A stretch of 64,000 nucleotides of DNA from Lytechinus pictus (lineage: Eukaryota). The translations under genes were made by a program, and so were the position numbers. Under the pieces are notes generated by a model, which searched no databases, was not told where the DNA came from, and was given only the letters and a program-made list of their open reading frames with translations. The stretch spans positions 10,232,001-10,296,000 of the forward strand of contig NC_087249.1 of NCBI RefSeq assembly GCF_037042905.1, read 5' to 3'. Below, piece after piece: positions 62,973 to 64,000 of the stretch. The number at the start of each line of letters is the position of its first letter. Within the stretch, counting starts at the first letter, position 1.

Positions 62973-64000
62973 TGGAAAAAGTGTCATTGAATACATGGGT
63001 AAAAACCTTTTTTTCAATATCCTGAAATAATTGGCACTCTGTGGAATTCAAGTGCATGACATGTGGGAGAGCTACTTGTATGTGAAGTCACAACATATTA
63101 TAATTTGAAAAAAAATTTAAACAAAACTTGGATATTCTTGCATTAATTTTGCGAAGCATGTGTTGATATCTATTTTTGTTTTGTTATGACCATTTTGACA
63201 TCAGGGTGAACTTCGTTAAGTTTGCAAAATGAGGAGTATATATTCTAAAGGCCATTGTGCAATTTATTGGTTTCTGCTTTATATGTACCGAGATATTCTA
63301 ATATGTCTCAGGAGGAAATTGGCTTGAACAAAATATAGCCAATCAAAGAGTTTTGACAATATCGTGTATTTTAATTTGATGGACCAATGACAAAGTCAAC
63401 GGTAAAGAAATAGTGGTAGCAGTGATTTTATCAAATATTTAAAGAATGAATATGAATATTGAGGTGACAAGTTTAATATTCTTTTGTTTTAGATGATACA
63501 AGAAACAAAGTACTGTCAAGTGTCAGTTTTGTATTTTACTACATTTGTGTACAATGTCTATGTATTGATGCAGCCCAGTATAATGTTCATATGCTGTCTA
63601 GCAAATATAGAGTGGAATTACATGTATTTGCCGCTCTATGTTGTGTTTTTTATGTTCCAAGATATTATCAGGAATTCTGCATCTCTTGCTTTTTATTTCA
63701 TTTTTTGTGTATGAGATATCGCCACGTGAGTGTCGAGGAGAAATGTGCTGATTCGTGGTGATTTTGATTTTTTTGTTAATAAAATTATATATTTACAGTT
63801 ATGAGAATGAAGAAAGTGTTTGTTTTCATAAGAATTGGTTTGTTTCATATTTTTCTTGTCTGTACAAAAGTATTGTTCAATTTTACCGAGTGGAATTTGT
63901 GCAGTGCCCTTGTAAATTTTGATCAATTTCTTTTGGAACCCAGTTTATTTGAAAGGGCAAAAACAAGATAAACAAAATTTGCCACCTTGAATACCAAGTA

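Overview
AT-rich, intron- and repeat-rich animal genomic DNA. The repeat repertoire suggests a marine invertebrate, probably a sea urchin (inference). Two spliced protein-coding genes lie head-to-head, both assembled by hand with GT-AG introns and consistent reading phases. (1) Minus strand, ATG at 31900, 12-13 coding exons ending at 5562 or 3529: a 431-457 aa protein with RING-HC, helical/coiled-coil, ubiquitin-like and UBR-box-like Zn-finger regions. I cannot assign this architecture to a known gene. (2) Plus strand, 41036-58006, 13 coding exons, 563 aa: a GLD-2/TENT2 (PAPD4)-type non-canonical poly(A) polymerase with a long putative 3' UTR. Introns and the intergenic spacer are filled with nested non-autonomous DNA transposons (Harbinger-, Kolobok-, hAT-, Tc1/pogo- and Helentron-like), tRNA-SINEs, LINE/Penelope remnants, a satellite and microsatellites. 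Most notable: two copies of a short retroposon whose head matches the 7SL RNA Alu domain; the RING-UBL-UBR-box E3 architecture; a MITE terminus supplying an exon's splice donor; and an intronic partial exon duplicate differing only at synonymous sites. No prokaryotic features, rRNA, true tRNA genes or CRISPR arrays were found.
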